64,000 nucleotides of DNA, taken from assembly GCA_012295275.1 (NCBI GenBank), contig CM022671.1:28272001-28336000 (forward strand), given 5' to 3'. Positions 13,077 through 27,924 of this stretch are shown piece after piece. Under the pieces are notes generated by a model. It was not told where the DNA came from. It saw only the letters and a list, made by a program, of their open reading frames with translations, and made no database searches. Position 1 is the stretch's first letter. Each line of letters starts with the position of its first letter. Source of the DNA: Chrysomallon squamiferum. Lineage: Eukaryota > Animalia > Mollusca. The position numbers were made by a program, and so were the translations under genes.

Positions 13077-16000
13077 ATGTGTGCGTGCTCATTCATGAAT
13101 ATACACATTCAAAAATCATCCTATATTAATGTGGATGTATAGGAATAATTACAAAATTATATTTGTTTAAAATTGATACTTTGTTATTTTGCATTATGTG
13201 TTCAGATAGTAACTGGTAACATAGTTACATCATATGTCTAAATGCTCACACAGGATTATTAAATCAAAAGAAATGTTAAAGTAACAGGGCCATTACATTA
13301 ACATAAAGTGTTTTTGTTTTTTTTGTTTGTATCAACAAATATCTCAGCTGTAGATTATGCAGTTACATTACATATTTGTCCTTCTTTATATATTTATCCA
13401 GAATATAACCTATAATCTATGTAAATAATCTACTAATTTTGTCATGTTATCTTTTATTGACTACTGCTGTTGTATCAACATCTGTTATATATGCAGCTTA
13501 TTTTAATGTTAATTTGTTTTTCCACATAATATTATATAGATACCTACATCATTGCTATTACAATATAAAGTGTAAAATTTCAGTTTTTACTGTGTGTTTT
13601 TAAGCTGAATAATAAAATCAGGAACATGAATTGCTTTATGTATTACTGGATTTATTTTATTTAGCATATTTTTAATTTTGAACAGTTGTATGTAAATGGT
13701 ACTTAAGTTTGGGATTTAAACTTTTTAAATGATTTCTTGTTTTTGATGTACTAACATAATGATGGGAAGTTCAGATATAAATGGAGGCAGAAACTATAAG
13801 CTTTATAATTATAAAAAGAACATCGGAAAGTTATAAAAAATACAGTTAGTATGTTGCATATTTAATTTAGAACTTGTTTTGAAAGGAAATGCAAAAGATA
13901 GCCAACAAAAAATAGATAAAAATGTTGTCACATATCTTTTGAAAAAGAGAAAAGAATTTTAAGGTGTAATTTAAGATGTTGTTTAATGAACTAACAACCT
14001 TTACTTAAAATTTGCTGGTGGTTTGAGATATTTCAAAAAAGTTGGATTGTTTGATATTTGAAACAGCAGTGGAATGCATGTAACTGCAGTATATTGTATT
14101 TATTGAGTTTTATTAAATTCTAAGGCTATTCAATACAGTTCAACAGTATTAGACTTGAATAGATTGAAAAGGCCTGTGCTCTTCAAAAGGAAGGAAAATA
14201 TTGAAAACTTACTACTGTAATGATATTTAAGCAGTTAATACTGTTTATCTACTTTATATTAATATATGGAATCTTTAAGATTCTGAGCTTGATATTTAAA
14301 AGTTCACCCAAAAAACTCCCCTCAAAAATTAGCTGTCTGTTACGTAATTATTGCTAAGACAATATTTTCAGTAACTCATTTGACCAGTAGGAGTGAAAAT
14401 CTTCCTGTAATTCTTTCATAAATGTTACTTTGACAACATACTTAATGTTTTTGGTTCAAGCAACATCGATCCACTATTTTCAAATGTTGATTTACTTCCA
14501 CTAAAGCAAAATTACTTCCTTCTCAGACTGCTACTTGTTAGGTTGTGTTCAGAGAAGGTAATGGAGTGGTCAGCTGAGATACAATGGTTCCAAGATAATT
14601 TCATCTCAAATTATTTAAGGGCTGTGAACTTGAGTGGTCTAAGCTCAAAGAAATAGAACATGAGTTTCAGTCATCTCATAAGATTCATCAGTATCATATA
14701 TTGTATATATTAAAAAGTTTAATATGGTTAAGTCTTTAAGTGTAGGCCTGTGTAATGTTGTAATTGACATGAATTTGGTATTTTGCTCAAATATATTTTT
14801 AATATTAAACAAGAAATATTTAAGGTAATCAGTGAAAGAGCATTTAGTGTCATCATATAATCATTAACTTTAAAAAGAAACGTTTATAAAAATATTTATT
14901 ACTTCCACATTCACTTATTAAATGCACTCATACCTACATAAATAATTATATCTATTTGTTGTTATTTTTTTATTTTGCTTTTCAAATTATAATCCTACTT
15001 AATGAATATTAATATTGATTATATAATTTTATTGTTCATTGTTTATTATCTGGTAGTCCTCCAACATCTTTTGAACATGCTCATTATCACTGGTTTGATA
15101 AACTGTCATTGTTTTCATTTATGTTTTATTTATGAATATTGCGTGCTGACTACTGTCTTTTTTACCATCATAATATGTGTATCAAGTATTGATCAGTGGT
15201 CACTTAGTACAACCATGATCATTTTGCTTTATTTTGGATGCACAGCTATAGGTTACACAGTCATTAATGTTTTATTACTTATTGTCAGCTGTTCTTAATT
15301 ACCTTTAACAAATTTTATATTTATTTTGCTTTTCTTGCTCAGTATATCTCATGTGGATTGATCGCTGATATTTATCTGCAGTCATACGGAAAAGTAATTC
15401 TTTAAAGAAATATTGTGTCAGAAATATGAAACTAAGAATTAATTTTTTAAAATAACACATTGTTTTTTTTTTAATGTGGCCTTACATTTTTTCTCCACTA
15501 AACTGTCACCTGCACCAAATACTGATGAAATAATAACATTAACAAAAAAAAAAAAAAAAAAAAAAGTTAAATGAATAAATAAATAAATAAATAAATAAAT
15601 AAAATGAAATAATTATACTAATAATAAAAGAACAACAAGAATAATAAAAAAAAGAGTATAACAAAACTTCCATTTAATGTGAACTAATATTTGTTAACCA
15701 CATATATAACTCATACTTATAAGTAAAATGTGTAAGTGTTAGTGTGTTTATAAATAGATAGATAAACAGTGGGGTATGCTGTAATGAATTTAATTTGTTC
15801 CTGAACTTTCTTTCACAATAGCATTCATTGAAATATGTTGTAATTCATTTCTTCTCCCCAAATGCAGTCACTTAACAATCAAAAATATAAGTTATAATAC
15901 AAAATTGTAAAATAAAAATATATTGTGTATTATGCATTAAATTATATTATTTATTTGTTTCAGATAGTTTTAATAGTTTTATTTTATTTGTGTATAGTGA

Positions 16001-19000
16001 TAATTGCATGCCTTTCAATCTGTAAATTATAGATGGTGCTAAAACTGTTTCAAATCATTAAAACAGCACCTGTGTAAAGGTATATTTTAAATTAATGAAT
16101 ATTCTTTCCTTATGTCGTAAATAATGGAATATATATTTAATGTTATTGAATATGATAATGTGCACAGCATCCCTGATTACTGTTTATTTATAGCTAAGGC
16201 AGACACACATTAGACAAGGAGGTTTAATTTGAAAGAATATTAGTAATGAAGGAAAATGTTTAATGATAACTGAACCCTAAAAAAATAAAAAAATACTTTT
16301 TTTTTAGTATAGACAATGAAATACTGTTATTTTTGAAAAAAGAGAAGATATTTTTATTAATGAGTAACCAGAATATCAAGGTGTTATAATTCTATAACTA
16401 TTTTGAAATAAGCCAAAACTGAATAAATACAAAATTTAATAAAATAATTAATAAATAGATAAAGATTTATAATTATTGATTTTGAGTGTTTGGTTATCAG
16501 GTAAAACCAATCAATACTTTTTTTTTTGAATTTTCCATTTTTTTTTTTTTTTTTTTTTTTCAGCGATAATTATTATAAATCAACCAAAGTGCGATTCCTA
16601 ATTTTGCTTTAGTATGATTTCATGCAGGAAAATTGAAATTATTGATTTAGCAATTTGTCACTAATAGCATGGAATTCAGTCAGGGCACTTCTGATTCTCA
16701 CTTAAACCCGCATGGTCAGAGAACTGGCCATGAAAAGGAGAATAAAAGTGAACCATTGCAAATCACATGTGAATTATCTGTTAAAATTAAACTTTTATTT
16801 CTTTCCATATGTTGCCATTATTTTGAACAATCTTTTATTGATTTTGTTTTGTGATATGTGAAATCTATGGTAATTTCTTTTTGTTCCTTTATTGTGTGAT
16901 GTATGGACCATTTTAATAATTGCATATTATTTCAAAACTGGTAAGAATAATTAATTTTCAGAAATGAATAAAGTAGGAAGATGAAACAAAACAAACAACA
17001 ACAACAAAAATATATATATATAAATATATCTATAAAAACCTAATTAAATATATTGAAGATAATGAATTATCTTTGCTTTGTAAAATAAAATTAAATACTG
17101 AAAACCGAATCTTTTGTTACAGTAAGGAAACATCAGAGTATCAGTGGGTACTTTCTGTGATGTATTAAATCAAACTTTATAAAAACATTAACCCTGACCT
17201 AAATATTGCTGATAAACATTTAAATGAACAGGCAACCTTTCAGTTGTGGAAACATATTGAATCACAAACAAGGCCATAAATCAAAATAGCATCACTTAGT
17301 CCTTCAAGTGTTACAAACACAATATTGATTTTCATGGGTGAGCTGGATATTTAACACCTCTCTTTTACCCTCAGTAATATATCGAAGGATCAGTATCAGG
17401 TATAGATTAGAGATAATTCACCCATCAGGATAAACTGACATTTGAGTAGAAAGAAGAGAAGAGAAAAAAGATAAAAAGTTTGATAGTCTCACATTTCAAA
17501 TGTGCAGCACAGCTCTGTTGTTAATGATGACGTTATTTTGCATTGTATTGCTCTATATTTTGATGAAACACATAAATGAAATTGTAAATACTGAAATAAT
17601 TTAAAAAAAAAAAAAACTAATCTGTATAAAAATAAAAATAACAACATTGAATAATATAACAGTATTTTTTGTTGTAATGTATTAGTGTGAAAGAGAGGGA
17701 GAGAGACAGAATTTTGTTTAGAGTATTATTTCATTGATTTCATGCTGATCACCAAGATAATTTTTTAAGCTTTATTATGTATGAAGATCTGTGTTTAAAA
17801 TTTAATTATTATTATTTTTAAGTTTGTTCAAAATATGTATCTGAAAAACAGTTGAACATCTGTTGGATAAATCTTTGAAATATGATAAACACAAAATGAA
17901 CCTGACATACTTTTTATTTTTTAACATGATGCCTGATTTTAATTATATATTGAAATAGTAAAATTGATAAAAATTTTAGAATAAATTTATCTTGGAATAT
18001 ACAATTAATCAGGAATAAAAAATAGGAAAATAACATGTTTTTTGCCTTGGAATCAATTATTTCCTTTTCTTTTAATCTAGATTGCTTACTTTTGTTTGTG
18101 GAAAATCTGTTTTGCTTCAAAAATTGATTTATGAAGTTTTGTGCAAACACATGTGGCACTTCTGAGTTGATCATAAATTGTTATATGATATGCAGTATGT
18201 CCTGCTGATTATGAAGATAATACTTTATCAGTGAGAACCAACTGTACCTGTTTGTGTTGCAGCTGCTTCATTTTACTTCACATTCTGTTGTGTGTCACAT
18301 ATTGAAATACACGTTATTAACTGGGGGGGGGGAACCCAATGAAAGAAGGAAAAAAAAGAAAACATTAGCAAACTACATGCAGGCATAATCTTGCATACAA
18401 ACACACACACACATGTAGAACATACAAATGCAGGTAAAATAAGTTGTACAACATCACAAAATATAATGCTAATCATCAACTTTTTTCACTTGGAAATATT
18501 ATCAGGAAAAGATATAAATTTACATATGTCCTCATGATCTTGTAATTTGTAATAGAGTTATATATTTTATTTCATTTACAAAATTTACCTTTTTATTATT
18601 TAAAGATAGTTATTAACATTAAAGTAAAACTAACATTAAATAGCATTTTTACTAATAAATTAAATAAGGTGATTATTTTTGATGTTAAGAACTTTATCCA
18701 AATGTTTAGTCTTACAGTATTACTTGAAGGTGACAGGAGACTTACTTTTAATTAAAAAGAATGAATAAGCATTTAATGACCTTTGCAGCAATCACTGCTG
18801 TTAAATAAGTTACATACTGTTGCTAACTACATTTGCTAACAGGTGAACAAATAATTAAATATTCTTTTTTTTCTAAACCAATTACAGAAATTGCTTCTGC
18901 ATGAAAAGATTAAGATCTCAAACTTTATTCCAGAAGAAATGCTTTTTCAACAGCCATTTAGTTTCTTACATATCCTTTCATCTTTTCTGGTAAATGTTCT

Positions 19001-22000
19001 GCTCAAAGAGACTTCATCATTTTTCACTTGTAAAATACTGCATTCATCAGATACGTCTGATAAGTTTATCAAAAACACACTACAACTATCTTTTACGCAT
19101 ATAACAGAATGAGTTATTAATATCTTTAGAAGTGGATGTAAATAAGCACATTCTTTTGTTAAATAGCTTTGTAAGGATTGCTGTGTTGTAGGTGGATGGG
19201 TGGATGTATATGTATGATGTATGTGTGCTTACAGGTTTGTGCAAGTTAAACAAATTTAGAACTGCACAATGATTTTATAAAGAGAAAAATGATAATTTAA
19301 AAAATAAATAAATAAAAGATAAAATAATATAAAATAAATAATTAATCATAACAAAAAAATAACAATAAAATTATTTCATAATGAAACGAGATGGATTTAG
19401 AAATTGCTTATTATAGTATTAACTTATAATCAAAAGCACAATTGTTTATCTACTTTTAAGAAAAGTGTTTTTTCAGTGTTTACTACAAACTGTTAATTTT
19501 AGTGTAGTGTAGTAATCACAGTACTAGCAGTAACAATGATTGTAGGTCATCTCAGCACAAAACAATAGAAAGAAAAATCAATGACAGAATGTCAATATAA
19601 TCAGGTAGAACAAGATTTTTATTTTATTTTTTGTTTTCTGTTTTTTAATCAGCTCAGGTTGATAGGCTAATGTCAAAACACGCAGTTGTAGTATATTGAT
19701 TGTTGATGTTCGTCACAGCTTGGATGTGAGGTAATGTGTATCCAATCAGTGTTAACTATGGCTGTAACTCAAATATTCTTACCAGGTCATAGTAACAAAC
19801 CATTCTGATTGGCCAGTACTGATCAGCCATGTACAGTATAGTTTATTCTTCTGTTTGAGTTGTAGTTGTAGTATTGTATATTGATTAACTTTTGCATAAA
19901 ATTAAATTACTTTGACAACAATAATAAAATTTACATTTAATACATTTATTTTATTTTTTATTATCTGTAAAAACAGTGAATATTCTGGTTCATTTGGTTT
20001 TTGAAAAAAAAAAATAATAATAATAATAAAAAAATAAAAAATTATATGTTTCCTGAGTTCTTATGTTTGACAGATGAATGGCAAACTGTCATAAATATAA
20101 AACTGTAGAATAGCAATAACAAAATTTTTTTTTTTTTAAAAATGAAGAAAATAAAAATGATAAAAAACCTCATTCAAATGCCAAACAAATAAAATTCAGC
20201 AAATACGTATAACATAATAAAATAAAGGTAATATTTTTATTAATTGGTTTAATAATTTTCCATTATGAATGTTTAGTTAAAGAAAAAAATGTTCATGTAT
20301 TTTTACTGAAATTATTTTCTTCTCATTTTAAAAAAAAATTAAAATCTTGTTTATGATTACTTTTAATTAAAAATATGCATTTTATCTGTTTCCTTTGTTT
20401 AATCAAAGCACAGTCTAATTATGATGATTAAGATATTAATATATCTTTCATTTGTATTTCTAAGAATGTTTTATTAATAATTCCATAAACAAATTAAAAC
20501 TGACAATCCAGAATTTTGAAGAAAAAATGATGTTCAAAGTTTATAAATTAGAAATTTTGAAAGAAATGAAAATACAAACATTTTTAAAATAAAATTATTT
20601 AAAAAGAGAAAAATAATAATGAAATGAAAGGTTTTGGTAACTTTTGTGTTTTTGATGGAATAAATATTAATAGAGAAAACTTCACATACCTTAAACAGGA
20701 TCAAGACATTCTCATCTGAATACCGTTGCAAAAACTATCAACACTTTTCTGCTTGCTTAAATACATTTCAATTTTTATTATCATTGTCCAAGCAAAGATA
20801 GTCCTGTCTGCATATGTAGAACAGAACAGATTCCTGCTGTTTCTAGCTTGAATGGTCTGTGAACAAGAAAGTGGCTTCCCAGCTCTAGACTGTTTTGAAA
20901 GGCAATCAACAATTCTTTATGTTAAAACTGGATCATTCGCAATAGCTCTTCAGTGGCTGTTCCCTTCCCATAATAAATACAGTTCTGTCATGAATGCATT
21001 AACCAGTACTAACAGAAACTGTCCTCTCTGGCTGCTGCAGTTAACCTCAGCAAATGTTGATTTATTTATTTTCTTTATAAATATTGCTTAATGCACATAC
21101 TGTACACTCCGATGTAGTGTTCAAGGTATTTAGGGCTTGTAGAACAAGTTACAGACTGCTGGTGCCACTTGCAGGGGTAAACTAAATGCAGTATTTTAAG
21201 CAAGTGCTTCATAACAGTGGACTTTTTAGCTCTGTGCAGTGGCAGTTAATCTATATGCCACAGCTGTGAACATTCCTGTTACAAGAAACACTTAAAATAC
21301 AATAGTATTACCATCCATAAGTAAATACAGATTTGTTTTTGATTTATTTTATAAAGAGTAAAAGAAAACAATTTTTTTTTTTTTGTCATTAAAATTTACC
21401 TATTATTATTATTATTATTATTATTATTTTTTTTTTTTTTATTATTATCTGAAAGAATAAGCTATAAACAGAATAAACAAAACATAGCCTTTGTGCTAGA
21501 CAAATTCCATCTGTTAAAAAGATTTTAGTAAATATTTTGCATCTATTCATTTTGCCATTGTTTTAAAACTGCTCTCCAGATATATTGTTCTTATTATTAT
21601 ACCAGTGTGGATATTAAAATTGTACTATTTTTTTTCTTCACTACTAAATATAGAACTTGAATATTTACGAAAGTATAATTCTGTTCAGGTCGAACCTGCT
21701 TGAAAATTATTTTTAAGAGAATAAAATGTTAAAAGAAATCTGATAGAAATATTATTGATTACTTTAATTAGATTTATTTGCTGTTTTCAGTGTTCCATTT
21801 TTAATTACCAGAATAATAACAGGTCAACATGACATTGTTTAATCATTTGTTCTGAATCTCTTATCTTCTCTCAAAACATTTCAATATGTTTTAAGGCTTT
21901 CAGTATTTACATTTGGTTGAGCATGTGAAATTAACTTTAACCAAATAAAAAAGAAAGAAAAAAAAAAAAAAAAAAAAGTAAATGAAATAAGTAAATAAAA

Positions 22001-24023
22001 TTATAATAAAACTAAAAAATAATAATTTTAAACTAAAATAAACACAGAATGTTAAAAAAAGATAAATATATATAAAAAAAAAGTAATAAAACAAGCATAA
22101 AAGCTAATAAATAATTAATGTAATTTATGCCTTGTTTATACTTGAAGTACAATCATTTGACAACTGTTATAAATTATTATAAATATAATGCATATTGTTT
22201 CATGTAATTTGAAAAATGTCTGCTACTCATTTTCTTCCTATTTTCATCTCCATAACTTTTGCTACCAGTTTAATTCATACTGTAACAAATGGAAATTAAA
22301 AGAGATTTCATTATACATTAATTTCTTAAACATCACTTTTATGTTATTTACGAAAGATTTCTTTCAGAAATTATTCAAAATAATATCCTGTTCATAATAA
22401 TAGTCCTGTCTGTATTAAATCTTTTAAAGAAAAGTTTTCATCTGGGCATTTTTTAGCATATAAGAACTATTCAAATATGATTGAAAAGGGCACACTTTTG
22501 ACTTAACCCAAAAAAATAATTTAGCTTTTTCCTAAAATATCCTTTACACATCTTTTTGTAATCTAATTTCGCTTATACCATGTTTTTATTATTATTTTTT
22601 TAAAATAAAATTTAGTTAGATTTGTGTTGGTGAATTTCTGAAAAATCTGAAAAATCCCTAAAGTGTTGATATAAATTACATTATGATAGTTTAATCTGCC
22701 TTTGTTAGGGGTCATGGTATGTTATTTTCACTGGGACCATGTCAGAGATAACAGCGTCTTCTATTGATTTTTGGGTGAACCATTGAATCACTGTGATGTT
22801 AATCACAACTTGCAGATAGCCCTGATTGATTGAAAGACACTTGATGATGCTGCTACAGCTCTTTTCCCTCCAGACCAGTTCCTTAGAGTGGTATTAAGGT
22901 TGAAGTGACAGAAAATTTTGCTTTAAATGTATACATAAATTTGGCATTTTCAACAGATAATTATGTAATTCCTGGAAGAATATTGTGAAGATAAATTAGT
23001 TGACAGTTTGACAAAAGTATTCAGTTTAGAGTATTAGATTTTTAACACTTTTTTCTCCACAATTTAAATTAATTTTAACAGTGGAGAAAATTGTTTACAG
23101 AAATATAACAAACTGAAGTTGAATAATAGTCTACTGTTTATTAGCTAATATATCAAAACACATAACATGTACTGTCACATTTATAGGCAAGCCTGATTTA
23201 ATCCATAACCATAATACCAGTAAATAAAGAAAACTATGAAAACTGAATTATGAAATGTCAAAAAATGAATTATAGTCTGCATTAGAGTTGTAAAACAAAT
23301 ATTAATTTCAGACACATTTTATTGGAATTGAACATTTTTCCTGATATAAAACTTGACTCATTTATTTTCATCTAATGGAATTTTCTTGAATAAACATAAA
23401 TGATGTGGTAACTGGCTGAGATTTAATTTATCAAATAAAATAATTTTGACCAAACTGATAAATGATGTCAAGACCAGGTCAGATGATTTATAACATAAAA
23501 TGTTCTAAAATGTTCATAAGAACAGAATTGCTAAAGTAACAAACAAGGTGTGATCAGATGATAAATACTTGTTTTTGTTCTCCAGTATGTTGTTGAAAAA
23601 AAAAAAAAGCTAATATAAAATGATGAACAGTATCTTGTGATTTGTAAATAATAAAACTGCAAAGTAAGCTGTCATTCAAAGATGTTGTTTTTTTTTACAC
23701 TTATAAGCAGAAAATGGTCAAAAAGGATTGTCTGTGAATGTTTTTCAGAGAAGCTTGTTTTCTTGTTTGATACTACAGTATGCTTATTTCTAAGTACCTT
23801 GCCTGATTGATTCATGATGTTAACATAATTACTTCAATGTTTGCACTGATTGCTTCATTCATAAGGTTTGGTAAATTTTAGGTGTGTAAATCATGTGTTA
23901 TTTTAAGATTGTTTACAAGTTTAATAGGTAGATGTCTCAAAGGGTTGATTAATATTAATGTTAATCAAAAATAATTTATTTTCTATATTTTTACATTTAA
24001 ATTTAATATGCACTGGTAATAAT

Positions 24024-24601
24024 GGTATGTTCCCAAAACTGGCAGTCTCCGGATTAGGTAAGCGGTGAGGTGTTCTAATCCGCTTCCAGAAATAGGAAAA
24101 CTGGTGTGAGCAATTAAGGCCAATTTAGACACATGGGGATAATGAGATGTGTGAAGAACAGAAGGGGGCGATTAACGGGATTAACCTTAATAGCAGTGAA
24201 GAGCAGAGGTGAGCCTGAATAGAGATTGCAAGAAAATTAATGTTTGAAGACATGAAACAAATGTTGTATCTCAGTAAAATTTTGAGAAGGAAATACTACC
24301 AGAAGCACAAGCTCTTCCAGCTGGGACTGCAGTACGCCACGTGTACCTGGGACATGGCTTCCTACTTGTCAACTTGTGGTGGAATGCTTTGTGGGACATT
24401 TCATGTGAATGTGCTTCAAATTGTGGACAAAATACTATTTAACAAAAGTACATCAGTTAAGGTGATTGCACACCAATTAGTAAGGGTGAACAATAAACTG
24501 CCAGAAATGGAACAACTGGCATGTCCAATTAAGATGTGTTGTAACCTCACTGCCAAATTCAGGAATGCCAGATTCAGGAATGCCAGAATCGGGAATAAAC
24601 T
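24024..24601. mobile_element. Degenerate non-autonomous DNA transposon relic (~580 bp)
   Basis: GC-richer island bounded by imperfect inverted ends (GGTATGTTCCCAAAACTGGCA..GCGGTGAGGT vs ACCTCACTGC..TGCCAGAATCGGGAATAAACT). 15-bp subterminal repeat ATTCAGGAATGCCAG. No clear TSD. Confidence 0.5.
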
Positions 24602-26171
24602 GTAGTAATCATGGATAAGATCATTTAAAAATAATGTTAATATTGAACTATTTTATTTCCATTTTTGTTAAAATTAGCATTATGTGTTTTTATTTGTAAA
24701 AAAATTAATGGAAGAATAAAAACATAAATTAAGAATAAATAAGTTTTCAGACTTGGCATATATCTCAAAAGACAAATATGGCTCTTTTTTTTTCATCATA
24801 AATGTCTGTTTATATCTGAAATTAAATTTTATTTGAAGGAATTATTTAAAGCTTAAAAATGAAATCAGGTTTAAATTTATTTAGGTATATAGGAAATTTT
24901 GGCTTTTCATCTTAAATCTGTAGCATTTAAAAATTTTAAAACACAAAATCAGTTTTCTTCTTTTCAGGAAAATTCACACCAACAATGAAATAGTGTGGCT
25001 TTATGTTACAAGTCATGAAATGTAACTTTTTACATATCCTGACATGATTTGTTTCCTTCTCTGTTTTTAATTATTTTTCCACTTTTTAATAACTATCCTT
25101 CTTACAACAGCTTTTTTAACCTTGCCTTCATGTGAACTGTATTTAGCTCAGACTGATAGTTAACCAAAACAAATAAACAAAAAAAAAAAGAAAAAGGTTG
25201 AAATACCGCTAAGTGAAATGAAAAAATAAAATGAAAAAAAAGAGTAAGAAGTGACACCTGATTTTACTTCTTTAGTTACAGAGATTTTTTGGCTAAAACC
25301 ATTTTTACCAAACAATCTGTATCACTTGTACTGAGTTTGGTTTGCCACATGCCAGTTATAAGGTAATTTAGCTCCAATTTCTGACAAGTTTACATCAGAA
25401 CAAGCATGCTTCTTTTGTTGTACTAAGTGATATTGATTAATTGCAAACACATTTAGCCTTTTTTTTTTGTTTTGTTTTTTTACACTAAAAGTCTAAATAT
25501 AGGTGATGTTCAGTGATTGTTAGGTTCCTTTAAGATTTATTTTTTTGTACTGGTATTTGATTAGTGGTAAAATAGGTTGTTCTTGCCTGTTTGCTTCAGG
25601 TGATAAGGCTTATCTTAAGCAAAATAAGACATTGGTACAGTTGACAAAAATAAAACAATTGTTAGAGCTATTAGCTTTTTGATTTTATCATTGTTTATAG
25701 TTAGGAATATTTAAAGGAATATTTGGAACAATCTAGCATAGGTGAGGACTAGATAAAAAAGCTTAAAAGTATGGTGATTATATCAAGCAATATGTAGTAT
25801 GTTCTTAGTCTTTCAAGTGCTTCTTTTAGACAGTCATCCAGTTAACAGTTTTAAATACAGATAAACAAATTAAAATACTGGAAGTTTACTTCAGTTCTTT
25901 TCACATTAAGAACTGTTTCAACTTGATAGCAACGTGGTAATTATTAGTTTGTACTTTAGTTTTGTATCTAGGTATCGAACAAACACATACATGAAACTTT
26001 GATAATTCAAACTTAAAGAGGTCAGAAAAATAATTCATGTCACAGAGAATTTGATATTTTGGAAATTCAAATATTAACCACAAAATCCTATTGCAAGAAA
26101 CATATACTCTTGCATATTTTGGAAATTAAGTAAATAACAAAATGCATATAACATGCAATTTACATGAATTT

Positions 26172-26173
<2 letters not shown>

Positions 26174-26226
<53 letters not shown>
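26174..26226. repeat. (AC)n microsatellite
   Basis: Directly visible. Confidence 0.95.
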
Positions 26227-26227
<1 letters not shown>

Positions 26228-26776
26228 CTATAAGGAAATGTATTTATTAATATATAAAACAAGATATTACATATGTTATCAGAAAAACATAAAATATATA
26301 ACTGGAAATAAACTTCAAGTTCATTTATTATCAGATTTCCAAACTTGGTAAAACATAATAAACACAATTCCATTGACAGTCATTTGAACTGTAAATGGCA
26401 AGTTTGACTAGATACACTACACTCATTTGTAATCAAAAATAAATACCAATCAGTGAACTTTAACAGAATACTGCAATAGTATTTTGAAGACTGTCTGCAA
26501 TTATGTATTATATAAAGACACCTTACTGAATGTACACACAGATGACTAAAGTGGGCATATATCCTTCTGCTTAATTAATGGGCCATTGTTTTGTAATTAT
26601 CAAGGGAAACGGTAGTATAATCATTACATTAAGAGTAAATAATAATAATAAAATAAAAACTTTAAAAAAATAAATAACCAAACAAAAGTAAAATAATGTA
26701 TAGAATTTTATTAGTATTGTTTTTTTTATTGATCTAGTAACAAAATAAAATAACTATTACAAAACTGTAATTGAAA

Positions 26777-26866
26777 ACAGTTATATTTATTTAATATTAT
26801 TAACATTTTTGTTGTATATATATATATACAACAAAAATGTTAATAATATTAAATAAATATAACTGT
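26777..26866. repeat. Perfect 90-bp AT-rich palindrome (45-bp arms, no spacer, centred on a TA run)
   Basis: Arms checked base by base: ACAGTTATATTTATTTAATATTATTAACATTTTTGTTGTATATAT and its exact reverse complement. Confidence 0.95.
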
Positions 26867-27877
26867 ATTTCAAACTGAGTCTTAAACATTTCTTTCACTT
26901 AATAGATTTTCCAGATATAATGAATGTGAACTTTCATAAAGTAATGGCAACAGATACAGATAACATATCTCAAATTCATTCATACTTACTTAAAGTTGCA
27001 ATCTTCTGTGTCTTATGCAAAGAATAGAATTTCATTTTTTTCTCCTCCTAAATAATAATAATAATAATAATAATTAAAAAAAAAAAAAAAAGAAAGAAAA
27101 GTTTTACAGATGGTCAATAGTTCACCACATAAAGTTAATGCCTTTACCTCAGACTTCCAATGTTTCCTACAACATAATGGGATCGTTTTCAAATTTGTAA
27201 AAAATACACTTGATAAAATTAGCATGTTTTATGTGTTTTCCTTGGCTGTTGAAAATGTTTAGTTAATTTAAGAGTTGTAAACAAGCTGCCGAAAAGCTGC
27301 AAGAAAAAAAAAAAAAAAAAACCAACAAAAAACATGACAAAAAAACCATCTCCTCCAAAAAACAACAAACAACTAAACAATTCCAATCAGGGTGAAATTT
27401 ATTGCTTTATTAAATACATCTTTAATTCTAATTATTAAAAAAAAAAAAAAAATTAAAATGAAAACTCCACCAGAAAGAAAAAAACAGAAAATTAAAAATT
27501 AAAAAATTATAATCAAGTGGTTCCAAAATAAATATATTATTAGAAATAAAGTCATTTTGGCGATTTTTTTTTTTTAAATGTGGTGTATATTTTATTGTGT
27601 GTGTATGTCTGTGTGTAAAGTTTATCCCTGGTGTTAATGTAAAATTTCATTATGGAACAGCACCTTTAAAAGTGATTGGTTTTGCCTAAAACGTCAAGGT
27701 TGATAGCAGTTTGGCAACTTGACTAGGACGAGGGTAACTTCATAAACACGCTTTGAGTTCAGGATGCCTCATCAACACAGATGGCTTCTTACTTCACCCA
27801 AACCTCACACAAAGGTCAGATCATGTGTCTGTGTGAAGCATAGATATTTTCTTATGAGCTGTTCCAAACATTTTCTT

Positions 27878-27924
<47 letters not shown>

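Noticed and set aside
24240-24605. 121-aa ORF as a gene or transposase
   Set aside because: No recognisable motif; lies within a decayed repeat.
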